From Nitrososphaerota archaeon (GTDB lineage: Archaea > Thermoproteota > Nitrososphaeria > Nitrososphaerales > Nitrosopumilaceae), in the NCBI GenBank assembly GCA_002317795.1, contig NVWC01000001.1:52794-64285 (forward strand): a DNA stretch of 11,492 nt, read 5' to 3'. The translations under genes were made by a program, and so were the position numbers. Under the pieces are notes generated by a model that searched no databases, had not been told where the DNA came from, and worked only from the letters and a program-made list of their open reading frames with translations. Below are positions 1-7,999 of the stretch, in pieces; the stretch's first letter is position 1; each line of letters begins with the position of its first letter.

Positions 1-264
1 AATTTTAGAATTGATGAAGGATGTCTAGTAGTAGCAATTGATAGAGCTGCTGATGTAATTGACTGTAAAGAGTTCTTTGAGGAATTTTATCATTTAGCAA
101 CAGGATTCAATTATGATATCAATACAGGAATCCCAGAAGATGAAACAGAAGCTGAAATGTATCTCACAAGACTGCAAGAAGAATTTGATGAAAAAATGAA
201 ATCAAATCTAGGAGAGTTGTATTTACCTGGAAATAATGATCCAGACACACTAAATGCCAAATAA
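1..264 (+). CDS. 3' part of a hypothetical acidic protein (5'-truncated by the window edge)
   Basis: Frame 1 is open from base 1 (NFRIDEGCLVVAIDRAADVIDCKEFFEEFYHLATGFNYD...DPDTLNAK) to TAA at 262-264, with protein-like composition. Confidence 0.8.
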   Translation, partial: NFRIDEGCLVVAIDRAADVIDCKEFFEEFYHLATGFNYDINTGIPEDETEAEMYLTRLQEEFDEKMKSNLGELYLPGNNDPDTLNAK

Positions 265-299
265 CTTAGCTAAAATACTAGAAAATATCAAAAAAAACA

Positions 300-770
300 T
301 TGTCTGAGAGAAAACCATTTAGAAGATTCAAGAAAAGAGAGCCATCAGTATCAATTGAGCAAAAAATTGAAAGTTTTGTTTTAAGGAATTCAAAGAATGG
401 TTATTTTACTAAAGTATCAACTATTTCATATAAATTTGAAATTTCAGAAAGTAAAGGATGGGATGTTGTAGGAGAGTTACTATCATCTGGCGCATTAGAA
501 TCAATTCATGATGATTTTACAGGAGATATGAAACTATGTGAAACTGGAAAAACATACTATATCATGGATTTAGAAAAAAACGAAGTAGAGAAAAATTTTC
601 AAAAAATAAAAAATAAAAAAATCGTTGATTCCAAATTTAATAACAAAACTCTTAATTTGTATGATTTTGATTTAATTAAAATGGATGATGATGAAAATTT
701 CCCGTCACAGTGTCATCCATTAATTAAAACAAAAAAGAAAAAGCAGGATAAAAAAGATGAAACAATGTAA
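300..770 (+). CDS. Hypothetical protein, possibly winged-helix-like; true end may be 616 if the A7 run at 574-580 is one base short
   Basis: TTG start. The first ~93 aa look globular and the rest is low-complexity K/N-rich. The -1 frame after the A7 run gives ...LEKKRSREKFSKNKK* (TAA 614-616). Confidence 0.65.
   Translation: MSERKPFRRFKKREPSVSIEQKIESFVLRNSKNGYFTKVSTISYKFEISESKGWDVVGELLSSGALESIHDDFTGDMKLCETGKTYYIMDLEKNEVEKNFQKIKNKKIVDSKFNNKTLNLYDFDLIKMDDDENFPSQCHPLIKTKKKKQDKKDETM
681..770 (+). CDS. Possible independent 29-aa peptide MDDDENFPSQCHPLIKTKKKKQDKKDETM
   Basis: In-frame ATG at 681 after an AT-rich, promoter-like stretch. It overlaps the next ORF by 14 nt. Confidence 0.3.
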   Translation: MDDDENFPSQCHPLIKTKKKKQDKKDETM

Positions 771-906
771 ATTATGTGGTACCCCCCTTGGAAAAGAACC
801 AAGTACAGAAGAATTAGAAACGCATTGGAAAAAACATCATAGTTGGCATTGGGAATCAAATAAAGAAAAAACGCCAGAAGATGCAATATTAAAAAAACGA
901 AATTAA
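757..906 (+). CDS. 49-aa C2H2-type zinc-finger-like microprotein (absent from the ORF track)
   Basis: MKQCKLCGTPLGKEPSTEELETHWKKHHSWHWESNKEKTPEDAILKKRN*, with C-x2-C-x15-H-x3-H and extra His/Trp residues. Confidence 0.8.
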   Translation: MKQCKLCGTPLGKEPSTEELETHWKKHHSWHWESNKEKTPEDAILKKRN

Positions 907-962
907 AACGACTTGGAATAGCAGTCGTTTATAGCATGCCTAGACCACTAAACGAAGTCGTT
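906..962 (+). other. Interlocking inverted repeats (possible terminator or structured RNA)
   Basis: AAACGACT (906-913) pairs with AGTCGTTT (923-930). Alternatively 907-913 pairs with 956-962 and 925-931 pairs with 949-955. Confidence 0.4.
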
Positions 963-1178
963 AATATCAATTCAGACTCAAGATATAAAAGAAAATTGGA
1001 ATCATTTGCAAACATTTGTTTAAAATAAATTAAAAAATAAAACTAATTTTTAGAATTTTTGTCATTTAACTAATCAATTTTGTGCCCATAGTGCAAATCA
1101 TGTTGATGGTTATTTTGGAGCTGTAACCTATGAAAAATTTACTTTGAATTTGTAATAGTTATTTTGAAATAATTTGGC

Positions 1179-1411
1179 ATGTCATCAATACAGGCATACG
1201 ATATCAAGGCACAAAAAAAGTGTCAATGATTAACCCAAAACCTTATCTTATGAAAAATGGGATATGGGCAGTAAAAGGAACTAGCGCTGAAACTGGGATC
1301 AATCTATTTAGGATTGTTGGAAAACAAAAACCAAAAATAGGCCAGTCAAGATTTGAAGCATTCAAAAATTTGTTTACAAGTAGACAATGTGAATGCGATA
1401 AAATTTGCTAG
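1179..1411 (+). CDS. DUF5679-like small basic protein, frameshifted at the A7 run 1213-1219
   Basis: ATG 1179 gives MSSIQAYDIKAQKK and the -1 frame continues VSMINPKPYLMKNGIWAVKGTSAETGINLFRIVGK. The join matches the recalled DUF5679 pattern AY-x-x-K-x-x-K...NP...MKNG-x-x-A-x-KGT...G-x-x-LFRI, with the Cys ligands replaced. Confidence 0.7.
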
Positions 1412-1788
1412 TAATTATTTTTTTATGATAGATTTTAAGATCATTTAAAAATATCCTTCATTTTGATTCAAAATGAAAATTCGAAAGCATTAATGTTACT
1501 AGATTCTGGGTTCCAAGTTATTGCATTTGGACTCATTGTATAGTATAGGATGTCGTACGTAATATTTTTTTCATAATTGTTTTCTTTGACAAAAAATTAA
1601 GACTGATTTGAGTCAAATATTATAAAACAAAATGTACAATATCAAATTGGTGTAAATTAGATTTAAAAGATCAATGACTGAATCTTTAGAGGCTTGAACC
1701 ATTCTTGGTATCTGTATCTTCAAAATCACTTACTTCACCATCAAATGTAACAGTTACAGATTCACCATTAAGGAGATATTCTTGATGT

Positions 1789-2146
1789 CTATGCTGATTC
1801 AAGTGTCTTGAGCAGATCATTAAATCCCTTGGCTTTGTAGACAAAGGCTTTAGCCCCAAGTTTTAGTAGAGAATCTATTTCATCCTTGGAATAAGGCATT
1901 GCTGAATAAATAACAACCTTTGTTTTCTGAATCAATCCACTTTTTGTTAGTTACTCTAAGAAATCCTTACATGATAAATTTGGCATTGACATATCTAATA
2001 CTACTCTATCAAATCCATTGTTTTGAATTAACTCCAAGTGCCATTTGGCTGTTAATTGTGCTGGTATGCATGTGTCCCTTTATTTCAAGAAATTTTTCTA
2101 GGAACCTACATGTATCCACATCATCATCAATTATGAGTATATTCAA
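1789..2146 (-). pseudogene. Stand-alone response regulator (receiver domain) pseudogene
   Basis: TTG 2146 overlaps the kinase stop (TTGA) and reads MNILIIDDDVDTCRFLEKFLEIKGH. After a frameshift at ~2035-2075 it reads LELIQNNGFDRVVLDMSMPNLSCKDFLE*LTKSGLIQKTKVVIYSAMPY...LGAKAFVYKAKG...ESA*. In-frame TAA at 1951-1953. Confidence 0.85.
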
Positions 2147-3702
2147 TTTTTATCTCCATTTTTTATGGTAAAATAAAATGATGCCCCTTTTCCTTCTTGG
2201 CTTTCTACCCACATAGTACCACTCATTTCAGTTACGAGTTTTTTACATATTGCAAGTCCGATACCAAAACCACCATGTTTCCTAGTAAACGATAAATCAG
2301 ATTGGTAGAATTTCTTAAATATTTTTTCTTGGTGTTCTGTGGCAATCCCTGAACCATTGTCTTTTACAAAAAAGACGGTTTTGCCAACTAGAGATTCTGT
2401 GCCAATTTCTATTCGGGGATTTTCTTTTGGGAGAAAATCAAGAGAATTATTTATCAAATTACTAAATATCAGATGTATTGAATTTTTGTCTCCATATATC
2501 ACATTATCATCTTTTGTAGAGTTTGTAAATTCTATTTGCCTTTTTGACATGATAGTAAAATTATCTGAGTAAATTTCATGCATAATCTCTTTAACGTTGA
2601 TGTTTTTTACATCATAATTATATTTTCCCAATTCAAGTTTCTGAATTAGAAGGAGTTTGTCGATTAGTACACCAAGCCTACTTGAATTTGAATTTATGGA
2701 TTGGATTAATTCTCTTTGTTCCTGACTTATCTCTGAGTCTTTATCAAGCAATATCTCGCAGATTCCATTGATGGGAACTAGTGGGGTTCTTAGTTCATGT
2801 GATAACATAGAAAGAAAATCATCTTTTTGTTTATCCAATAACGTTAGTTCTAATAGTTGACATTGTATTTTATCTTGAGACTTTGATATGAAAGTCGTCA
2901 TTTTGTTAAAGGAATTAGAAAGACTAGACATTTCATCACTTCCTTTGATATCTAAACTAATAGATAGGTTACCATTTAAAATCTCATTGGTAGCATTTTG
3001 TAATTTAGATATTGGTTTTGAGATTGTTTTAGACACAAAAATTCCTAGACATGCTACAAAAATAACTCCAACTAAACTTACAATTACGATAAAATCAGAA
3101 GCGTTAGAAGTTATTTCATCTGCTAAGGTATTTCGTCTTTCAAGTTCTTGTTTTTCTTGTTCAATTCTAGTTTCAATTACTTCATTTAATTCCTCTTGGG
3201 CTATTTCTATTTCATCTATCATTGCTAGGATTTTTGGTGAATCAGTCTCTCCGTTAATTTCTCCAATTAAGGTCAGAGAGGCAAATTGTAATTTTGCCTT
3301 AAGACCTATAATCTGTTGAAGAAATTCTTCTTCTAATTCTTTAATGTCTTTTTCTTCCAAGCCCTCTGCTTTTTCTCCCTCTTCTTCTTCAAGTTTTTTA
3401 AGTTCAATAATTGTCCCAACTAATTTTAGGTTAGTTTTGTTAAATTCTTCAATTTCTTCTTGAGATCTCTGACTGGTTGCTGATGATTGAACAAGAAGCA
3501 CATAATTGATAGCATTAAGTTGTAAAACATGAGAAAGTGATTCGATTTCTCCTAAAAGTAGTAGCTCAGGAGTAGTTTCATCAGCAATAATATCAAAAAT
3601 AATAAAAACATCATTAATTCCAGTGAATGCCACATATCCTGTTAATCCGCCAATTAACACAATTCCTAAAAATGATGTGATAAGTTTTACATTAATCTTC
3701 AT
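2143..3702 (-). CDS. Membrane sensor histidine kinase (TM, helical four-helix-bundle-like sensor, TM, HAMP, HisKA, HATPase_c)
   Basis: Two hydrophobic helices, HAMP (ISKPISKL...GSDEMSSLSNSFNKM), H-box SHELRTPL, N-box NLINNSLDF, G1 DNGSGI, F-box IFKKFYQ and G2 GGFGIGLAICK. Confidence 0.95.
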   Translation of the reverse strand: MKINVKLITSFLGIVLIGGLTGYVAFTGINDVFIIFDIIADETTPELLLLGEIESLSHVLQLNAINYVLLVQSSATSQRSQEEIEEFNKTNLKLVGTIIELKKLEEEEGEKAEGLEEKDIKELEEEFLQQIIGLKAKLQFASLTLIGEINGETDSPKILAMIDEIEIAQEELNEVIETRIEQEKQELERRNTLADEITSNASDFIVIVSLVGVIFVACLGIFVSKTISKPISKLQNATNEILNGNLSISLDIKGSDEMSSLSNSFNKMTTFISKSQDKIQCQLLELTLLDKQKDDFLSMLSHELRTPLVPINGICEILLDKDSEISQEQRELIQSINSNSSRLGVLIDKLLLIQKLELGKYNYDVKNINVKEIMHEIYSDNFTIMSKRQIEFTNSTKDDNVIYGDKNSIHLIFSNLINNSLDFLPKENPRIEIGTESLVGKTVFFVKDNGSGIATEHQEKIFKKFYQSDLSFTRKHGGFGIGLAICKKLVTEMSGTMWVESQEGKGASFYFTIKNGDKN

Positions 3703-3707
3703 TATCC

Positions 3708-3714
3708 ATCACCT
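3708..3714 (-). promoter_or_regulatory. Shine-Dalgarno motif AGGTGAT for the kinase
   Basis: It lies in the 12-nt gap between the protease stop and the kinase ATG and complements the 16S rRNA 3' end AUCACCU. A second GGTGAT at 4884-4889 precedes the protease GTG. Confidence 0.7.
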
Positions 3715-4878
3715 TCATTTCTCACACACCACTTGGCTTGATTCTACGCCATCATAGAGTAACGTTATTGCATCTACATCGCACTCAGAGATGTATGGAT
3801 AATCAGTAGTAATTTTTTCTGCCATAAGATCATTTTGATAAGAAGAATGTGGTAGCCCCATTACGTGCCCAAATTCATGACGTAAAATTACCTCTATTTC
3901 AGAATCAGTAAGATTATCTACGTCAAATATAGTAACACGTGCTTTTAAAATTTCATGCGTTGTTTCATCTACCACTAAATCTGTCTTGGCATCAAAACCG
4001 TTAGGATTTTTAATCTCTGAAAGCAATATTGTTACATCGCCTTCTCCTATAGAGGATTCTACCAATTTGATTTTTGTTGGAATATTAAATAGTGTTTGAG
4101 TATGCGTAGCATATTGTAATGCTCCTGCCCATCCTGTAAAGTAAAATCCATTAGTACCTTTAGGTCCAGTACCGACCAGAGATTTATCAATCAAAATTAT
4201 TTCTTCTGACAATAGAACAGATTTTATTGAATCGGTAATTTTTTCATCATATTTGTCAGAATTTAATAAACTAACATGTAAGATCTCTTCTTCTGCTAAT
4301 CTCCAAGTAACCCAAGTATCTATTTTATCACCATTCAAGTTTTGTATAGCATATTGTGTAGATTGAGGATCAAAATTTACTAGATATTTTTGACCCTCAA
4401 GTTCCATAAATAAAACATAGTAAACGCTTGTAATTGAAACTACAATTATCGCTGAAAGAATTAGAACTTTGTAGTACTTTTTAGTTGCGATGTTTTTTTC
4501 TTTTTGTTCCGTAAGTACTTCTTCTTTTAAGAATAATTTTTCCTGCTCTTTTTCCCGTCTTATTTGTTTTTCACGTTTGTACTTTTCCTTAATAGTTTTA
4601 TTTTCTTTTTCTACAGAATTAACATAATCTGAAAGAAATAATTTTTCTTGTTTACTTTCAAACAAGTCATGTTTAATTTTCTGAAACTCGTCTATCTGGG
4701 CATCATTTGAGATATCTTTCTCATCAATTTTTTTCTCCAAATTATTCAAGTTTTTTAAAATGCCTATATTCGTACCATCATTTTCATTAAGGTAGCGGGC
4801 GTTCCTCAATCCTTGTAATTGTTTTTTAAGAAATGACAATTTTTTTGTTTTCTCATCAAAAACATCAGTGCCCGTCAC
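3715..4878 (-). CDS. Membrane-anchored matrixin-family (M10-like metzincin) zinc metalloprotease with N-terminal coiled coil
   Basis: HEFGHVMGLPH matches HExxHxxGxxH, followed by Met-turn NDLMA and ISECDVDAITLLY. One TM helix (VLILSAIIVVSITSVYYVLFM) follows a K/E-rich heptad region. Confidence 0.9.
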   Translation of the reverse strand: MTGTDVFDEKTKKLSFLKKQLQGLRNARYLNENDGTNIGILKNLNNLEKKIDEKDISNDAQIDEFQKIKHDLFESKQEKLFLSDYVNSVEKENKTIKEKYKREKQIRREKEQEKLFLKEEVLTEQKEKNIATKKYYKVLILSAIIVVSITSVYYVLFMELEGQKYLVNFDPQSTQYAIQNLNGDKIDTWVTWRLAEEEILHVSLLNSDKYDEKITDSIKSVLLSEEIILIDKSLVGTGPKGTNGFYFTGWAGALQYATHTQTLFNIPTKIKLVESSIGEGDVTILLSEIKNPNGFDAKTDLVVDETTHEILKARVTIFDVDNLTDSEIEVILRHEFGHVMGLPHSSYQNDLMAEKITTDYPYISECDVDAITLLYDGVESSQVVCEK

Positions 4879-4922
4879 AACACATCACCAAAATAATTAT
4901 TCGAAAAACTCATTTTAAAAAT

Positions 4923-5024
4923 CTAATCGGGTTTTAAGTTACAGGAAAGATCTATTTCTGGACCATTTGATGTACTATAAAGTGTTACACTGCAATTATT
5001 GTCATCAACAACCAATATCTTCAA
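4923..5024 (-). pseudogene. Receiver-domain 5' stub
   Basis: TTG-started MKILVVDDNN is the first beta-strand and acidic pocket of a REC domain. It is followed by unrelated sequence and TAG at 4923-4925. Confidence 0.7.
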
Positions 5025-5138
5025 TTTTTATCAATTCTATTATCACTTGTTAATTATTAAAGTCCTAGCAAATTGTACCCAAAATGAGAAAAATGTACAT
5101 TTGAAGTTGTGTTTTAGTTGGAAATTTTCATAAATTAA
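4996..5138. repeat. Direct repeat copy 1 (143 bp): promoter plus REC gene start
   Basis: Matches 8521-8662 with 4 substitutions and 1 indel by manual alignment. Confidence 0.97.
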
Positions 5139-5194
5139 TTATACAATAAAGTAAAATTATACATTTTTTAAAATCAATGATCAATTCTTCAGTT

Positions 5195-7003
5195 TTATGT
5201 AACTAGTGGAATCGAGAAATAAAATTTGGTGTATTTTCCGGGTTCACTTTCAAACCATATTTTACCACCAAGGCCTTCAATTATCCCTTTGCAGATTGTC
5301 AGCCCCAAACCTGATCCACCATGTTTTCTTGTTTGAGATGTATCCACCTGATAAAACTTTTTGAAAATGTTTGCTTGTTTTTCTTTTGGAATGCCAATGC
5401 CATTATCTTTTACAAGGAAAATAATTTTTCCATTTTCCTGCTTGGCACTAACCTCAATTTTTCCATGTTCTAAAGATATAAAGTCAATTGAGTTTCTAAT
5501 CAAATTATCAAAGACCTCACCTAATCTATCATAGTCAGTTATCAGTGGGATGTTTAATGAAGCTGTTACAACTAATTCAATTCGGGTACCATTAAGTAGA
5601 TAAGAGGAATTTTGTTTTAATGTTTTCAAAAATTCATCTATGTCAAAAGTGGATTTATTAAATGTCATTTTATTCATGTCTAGTTTTTGAGCATCTAGTA
5701 TGTCGCCGATCAATCGCTCAAGTTGGATTGCACTTGAATTAATTTTTTTAATATACATTACCTGTTCTTCAGTTAGAGTGCCAAAATTCCCATCTACAAA
5801 CATTTGACAATAACCCCTTATTGGAGTCAGAGGAGTCTTTAGTTCGTGGGTAATCATTGAAGAAAACTCATCTTTTTGAATATCAATTTGTTTTAATTCA
5901 GTGTACTGTTTTTTAATTTTAGCTTGTGATTTTTTAATTTCGTTAACCATTAATTGAAATGATTTAGACATTGATTCAATTTCATCACTTCCACCAGAAA
6001 TTTCTTTAATATTATACTCAGGACTTGATAAATGTTGCATTTCATTTTCTAGTGCTTTGACTGGGATTGTAAGTCTTTTTGCTATAATAAATGACGCAAA
6101 AATCGCTATGATGAGAATAATTACTGCAAATACGATAAATTCAAGTATGAATTGATCTCTTTCTTCAAACAAAATAGTTGTAGGGATATCTGCGCTTAAT
6201 ATCCAACCATCACCTTTATGCTGAAGAAATCCTTGCTGCTTAACTACTACAAATAATGATTCATATCCGTAATCATTAAGTTCAGTAAATGAAATTGATT
6301 TGTCAGTTGATTTTAAGAAATTTTTGAAGATGGGTAATTGTATAATATCTGTAAAAATTCCTTGGTGATGATGGCTTGAATAAAGGATAAGCCCATCTTT
6401 TGACAACAAGTGTAACTTAATTGGCTTTGAATGTATTGCATCTTGGTTTAGAATATCATTTATTTTACTAATTGAAAAGATAAGTGATAATACTCCCGAG
6501 ATATTGCCATTGTCGTCATACAAAGGACCAGAAAAATGTATAATTGAAATACCTAAACTTTCTGATGTTATAGGAATTGGATCATGAAATATTTTTCCCT
6601 GAATTGCTTCAGAGAAAAAAGATTCTTCTGATTCATCCAATCCAATTTCTAGATTGCGTGTGTCACCAATTCTAATTCCGGTTAAATCGTAAATTGCACT
6701 AGAAGTGTATGCTTGTGATTGTTTTTCATAATCTCTCAAATAATCCATTTTTTCTTTAATGGAATAATTATTTCCAACCAAGTTTAGGTTTGATTTAGAG
6801 GTTAGAGATTTAATATCAGTCATTCTTGCATACATGGTTCGATCTATCTTATCCATTGCGTTTGAGATTGAAGTTTTGAGTTCGGTGGACACAGTTTTTT
6901 CAATTTCGTTTGAAAAGCTAGTTAAAGTAATAAATGATGATATAATTAAGGTGATGCCTACGAGTCCGATTGTTGAAAAAATAATCAATGATGCAAACTT
7001 CAT
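5195..7003 (-). CDS. Membrane sensor histidine kinase (TM, dCache-like, TM, HAMP, HisKA, HATPase_c)
   Basis: Cache-type motifs (YDLTGIRIG, SFFSEAIQGK, FSGPLYDDNGNISGVL, LLSKDGLILY), H-box THELKTPL, NLIRNSIDF, DNGIGI and GGSGLGLTICK. Confidence 0.95.
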   Translation of the reverse strand: MKFASLIIFSTIGLVGITLIISSFITLTSFSNEIEKTVSTELKTSISNAMDKIDRTMYARMTDIKSLTSKSNLNLVGNNYSIKEKMDYLRDYEKQSQAYTSSAIYDLTGIRIGDTRNLEIGLDESEESFFSEAIQGKIFHDPIPITSESLGISIIHFSGPLYDDNGNISGVLSLIFSISKINDILNQDAIHSKPIKLHLLSKDGLILYSSHHHQGIFTDIIQLPIFKNFLKSTDKSISFTELNDYGYESLFVVVKQQGFLQHKGDGWILSADIPTTILFEERDQFILEFIVFAVIILIIAIFASFIIAKRLTIPVKALENEMQHLSSPEYNIKEISGGSDEIESMSKSFQLMVNEIKKSQAKIKKQYTELKQIDIQKDEFSSMITHELKTPLTPIRGYCQMFVDGNFGTLTEEQVMYIKKINSSAIQLERLIGDILDAQKLDMNKMTFNKSTFDIDEFLKTLKQNSSYLLNGTRIELVVTASLNIPLITDYDRLGEVFDNLIRNSIDFISLEHGKIEVSAKQENGKIIFLVKDNGIGIPKEKQANIFKKFYQVDTSQTRKHGGSGLGLTICKGIIEGLGGKIWFESEPGKYTKFYFSIPLVT

Positions 7004-7006
7004 TTA

Positions 7007-7999
7007 TTATCTCAACTCTTTAACAAACATTGGTTCTATTATGTCATTAAAAGTTGGCTCGTACGAAATTTGTCCTCTATCCATATAGAATTTTGCGATC
7101 TCAGCAATTATATTTTTTAAAGTAGGATCATTTGAGGGAGTCATAACTTTGATGTTTTCATCTAAATTTGTCATCAAAATAGCCTCTAATCCTTCTGACA
7201 TGGCATCTTCACTCATCCCTGTTAACTCGGCCATAATTCTAATAGCCTCATCAGGATTTGCTTCTAGAAACTCTAATGCCTCAAACATAGATTGAACTAT
7301 TTTTTGAATATCATCTGGACGTTCTTCAATGATATTTAAATTAAAAACTAAAACATCAGTTATTAAATAGGGAAAATCACCCGCATTAGCTAGTACTTTG
7401 TATCCTTTTTCTAAAGCCTCTGATTTTCCGGGTTCCCAAGTATGTCCTGCCTGAATAACTTCATCATCTAATTTTTTGACAACATCAGATGCAAATACTA
7501 TCTTAAAAAAAACATCGCCTTCTGTCATTCCAAATGATTCAATTGCTCTAAGAACAAAGATGTGCGAAAATGTATTAATGCCTTCTATACCAATTGTCTG
7601 TCCTCTTAGTTCCTCAATGGTGTTAACTGAACCAATAATAACATCTCCAGTCTCAGAATAATCCACTATGTGAACAACTTTTGATGATAAGCCTTCTGTG
7701 GTCCTAAACAATGTATCAGTGAGCACTTCAAAAACACCATCAACTTCACCGGTATTAAATTGTTGATTCGCTGATGTATAATCTCTAGATAAAATTAATT
7801 CTACATCAACACCATTTTTTTCAAAAATACCCTTTTCCTGTGCAATAAAGGCATAAGCATATCCAGACCACACATTAAGTGCAATCTTAATTGGTGTTTT
7901 TGGTGGTTCCTCAGAAAAATTTGTAGTTATGAAATAAGATAATGTTCCACCAATGAATACAATCCCAATAATTATAAAAACAATTACCGATTTATTCAC
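7007..7999 (-). CDS. SsuA/THI5(NMT1)-like type-2 substrate-binding protein with N-terminal membrane anchor
   Basis: PIKIALNVWSGYAYAFIAQEKGIFEKNGVDVEL, DYSETGD, TIEELRGQTIG, TWEP and DVLVF...ERPDDI...NPDEAIRIMA are typical of the TauA/SsuA/NMT1 family. It ends 3 nt before the kinase ATG. Confidence 0.9.
   Translation of the reverse strand: MNKSVIVFIIIGIVFIGGTLSYFITTNFSEEPPKTPIKIALNVWSGYAYAFIAQEKGIFEKNGVDVELILSRDYTSANQQFNTGEVDGVFEVLTDTLFRTTEGLSSKVVHIVDYSETGDVIIGSVNTIEELRGQTIGIEGINTFSHIFVLRAIESFGMTEGDVFFKIVFASDVVKKLDDEVIQAGHTWEPGKSEALEKGYKVLANAGDFPYLITDVLVFNLNIIEERPDDIQKIVQSMFEALEFLEANPDEAIRIMAELTGMSEDAMSEGLEAILMTNLDENIKVMTPSNDPTLKNIIAEIAKFYMDRGQISYEPTFNDIIEPMFVKELR

Noticed and set aside
1452-1560. 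Short hydrophobic frame (MLLDSGFQVIAFGLIV*), possibly a membrane-protein remnant
   Set aside because: Too short to assign without a search.
1686-1790. Minus-strand frame EYLLNGESVTVTFDGEVSDFEDTD and palindrome TGTAAC-A-GTTACA (1746-1758)
   Set aside because: It could be a gene fragment, but has no credible start or family motif. The single palindrome is not in a promoter position.
1920-2171. 83-aa plus-strand ORF
   Set aside because: Antisense shadow of the REC pseudogene, whose minus-strand motifs are clear.
2339-3319. Plus-strand ORFs 2339-2572 and 2888-3319
   Set aside because: Antisense to the intact histidine kinase, with the S/F/I-rich composition typical of shadow frames.
2143-7003. 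The two kinases as products of a recent tandem duplication
   Set aside because: Similarity is limited to conserved kinase boxes. The sensor domains differ and the DNA is diverged, unlike the promoter repeat.
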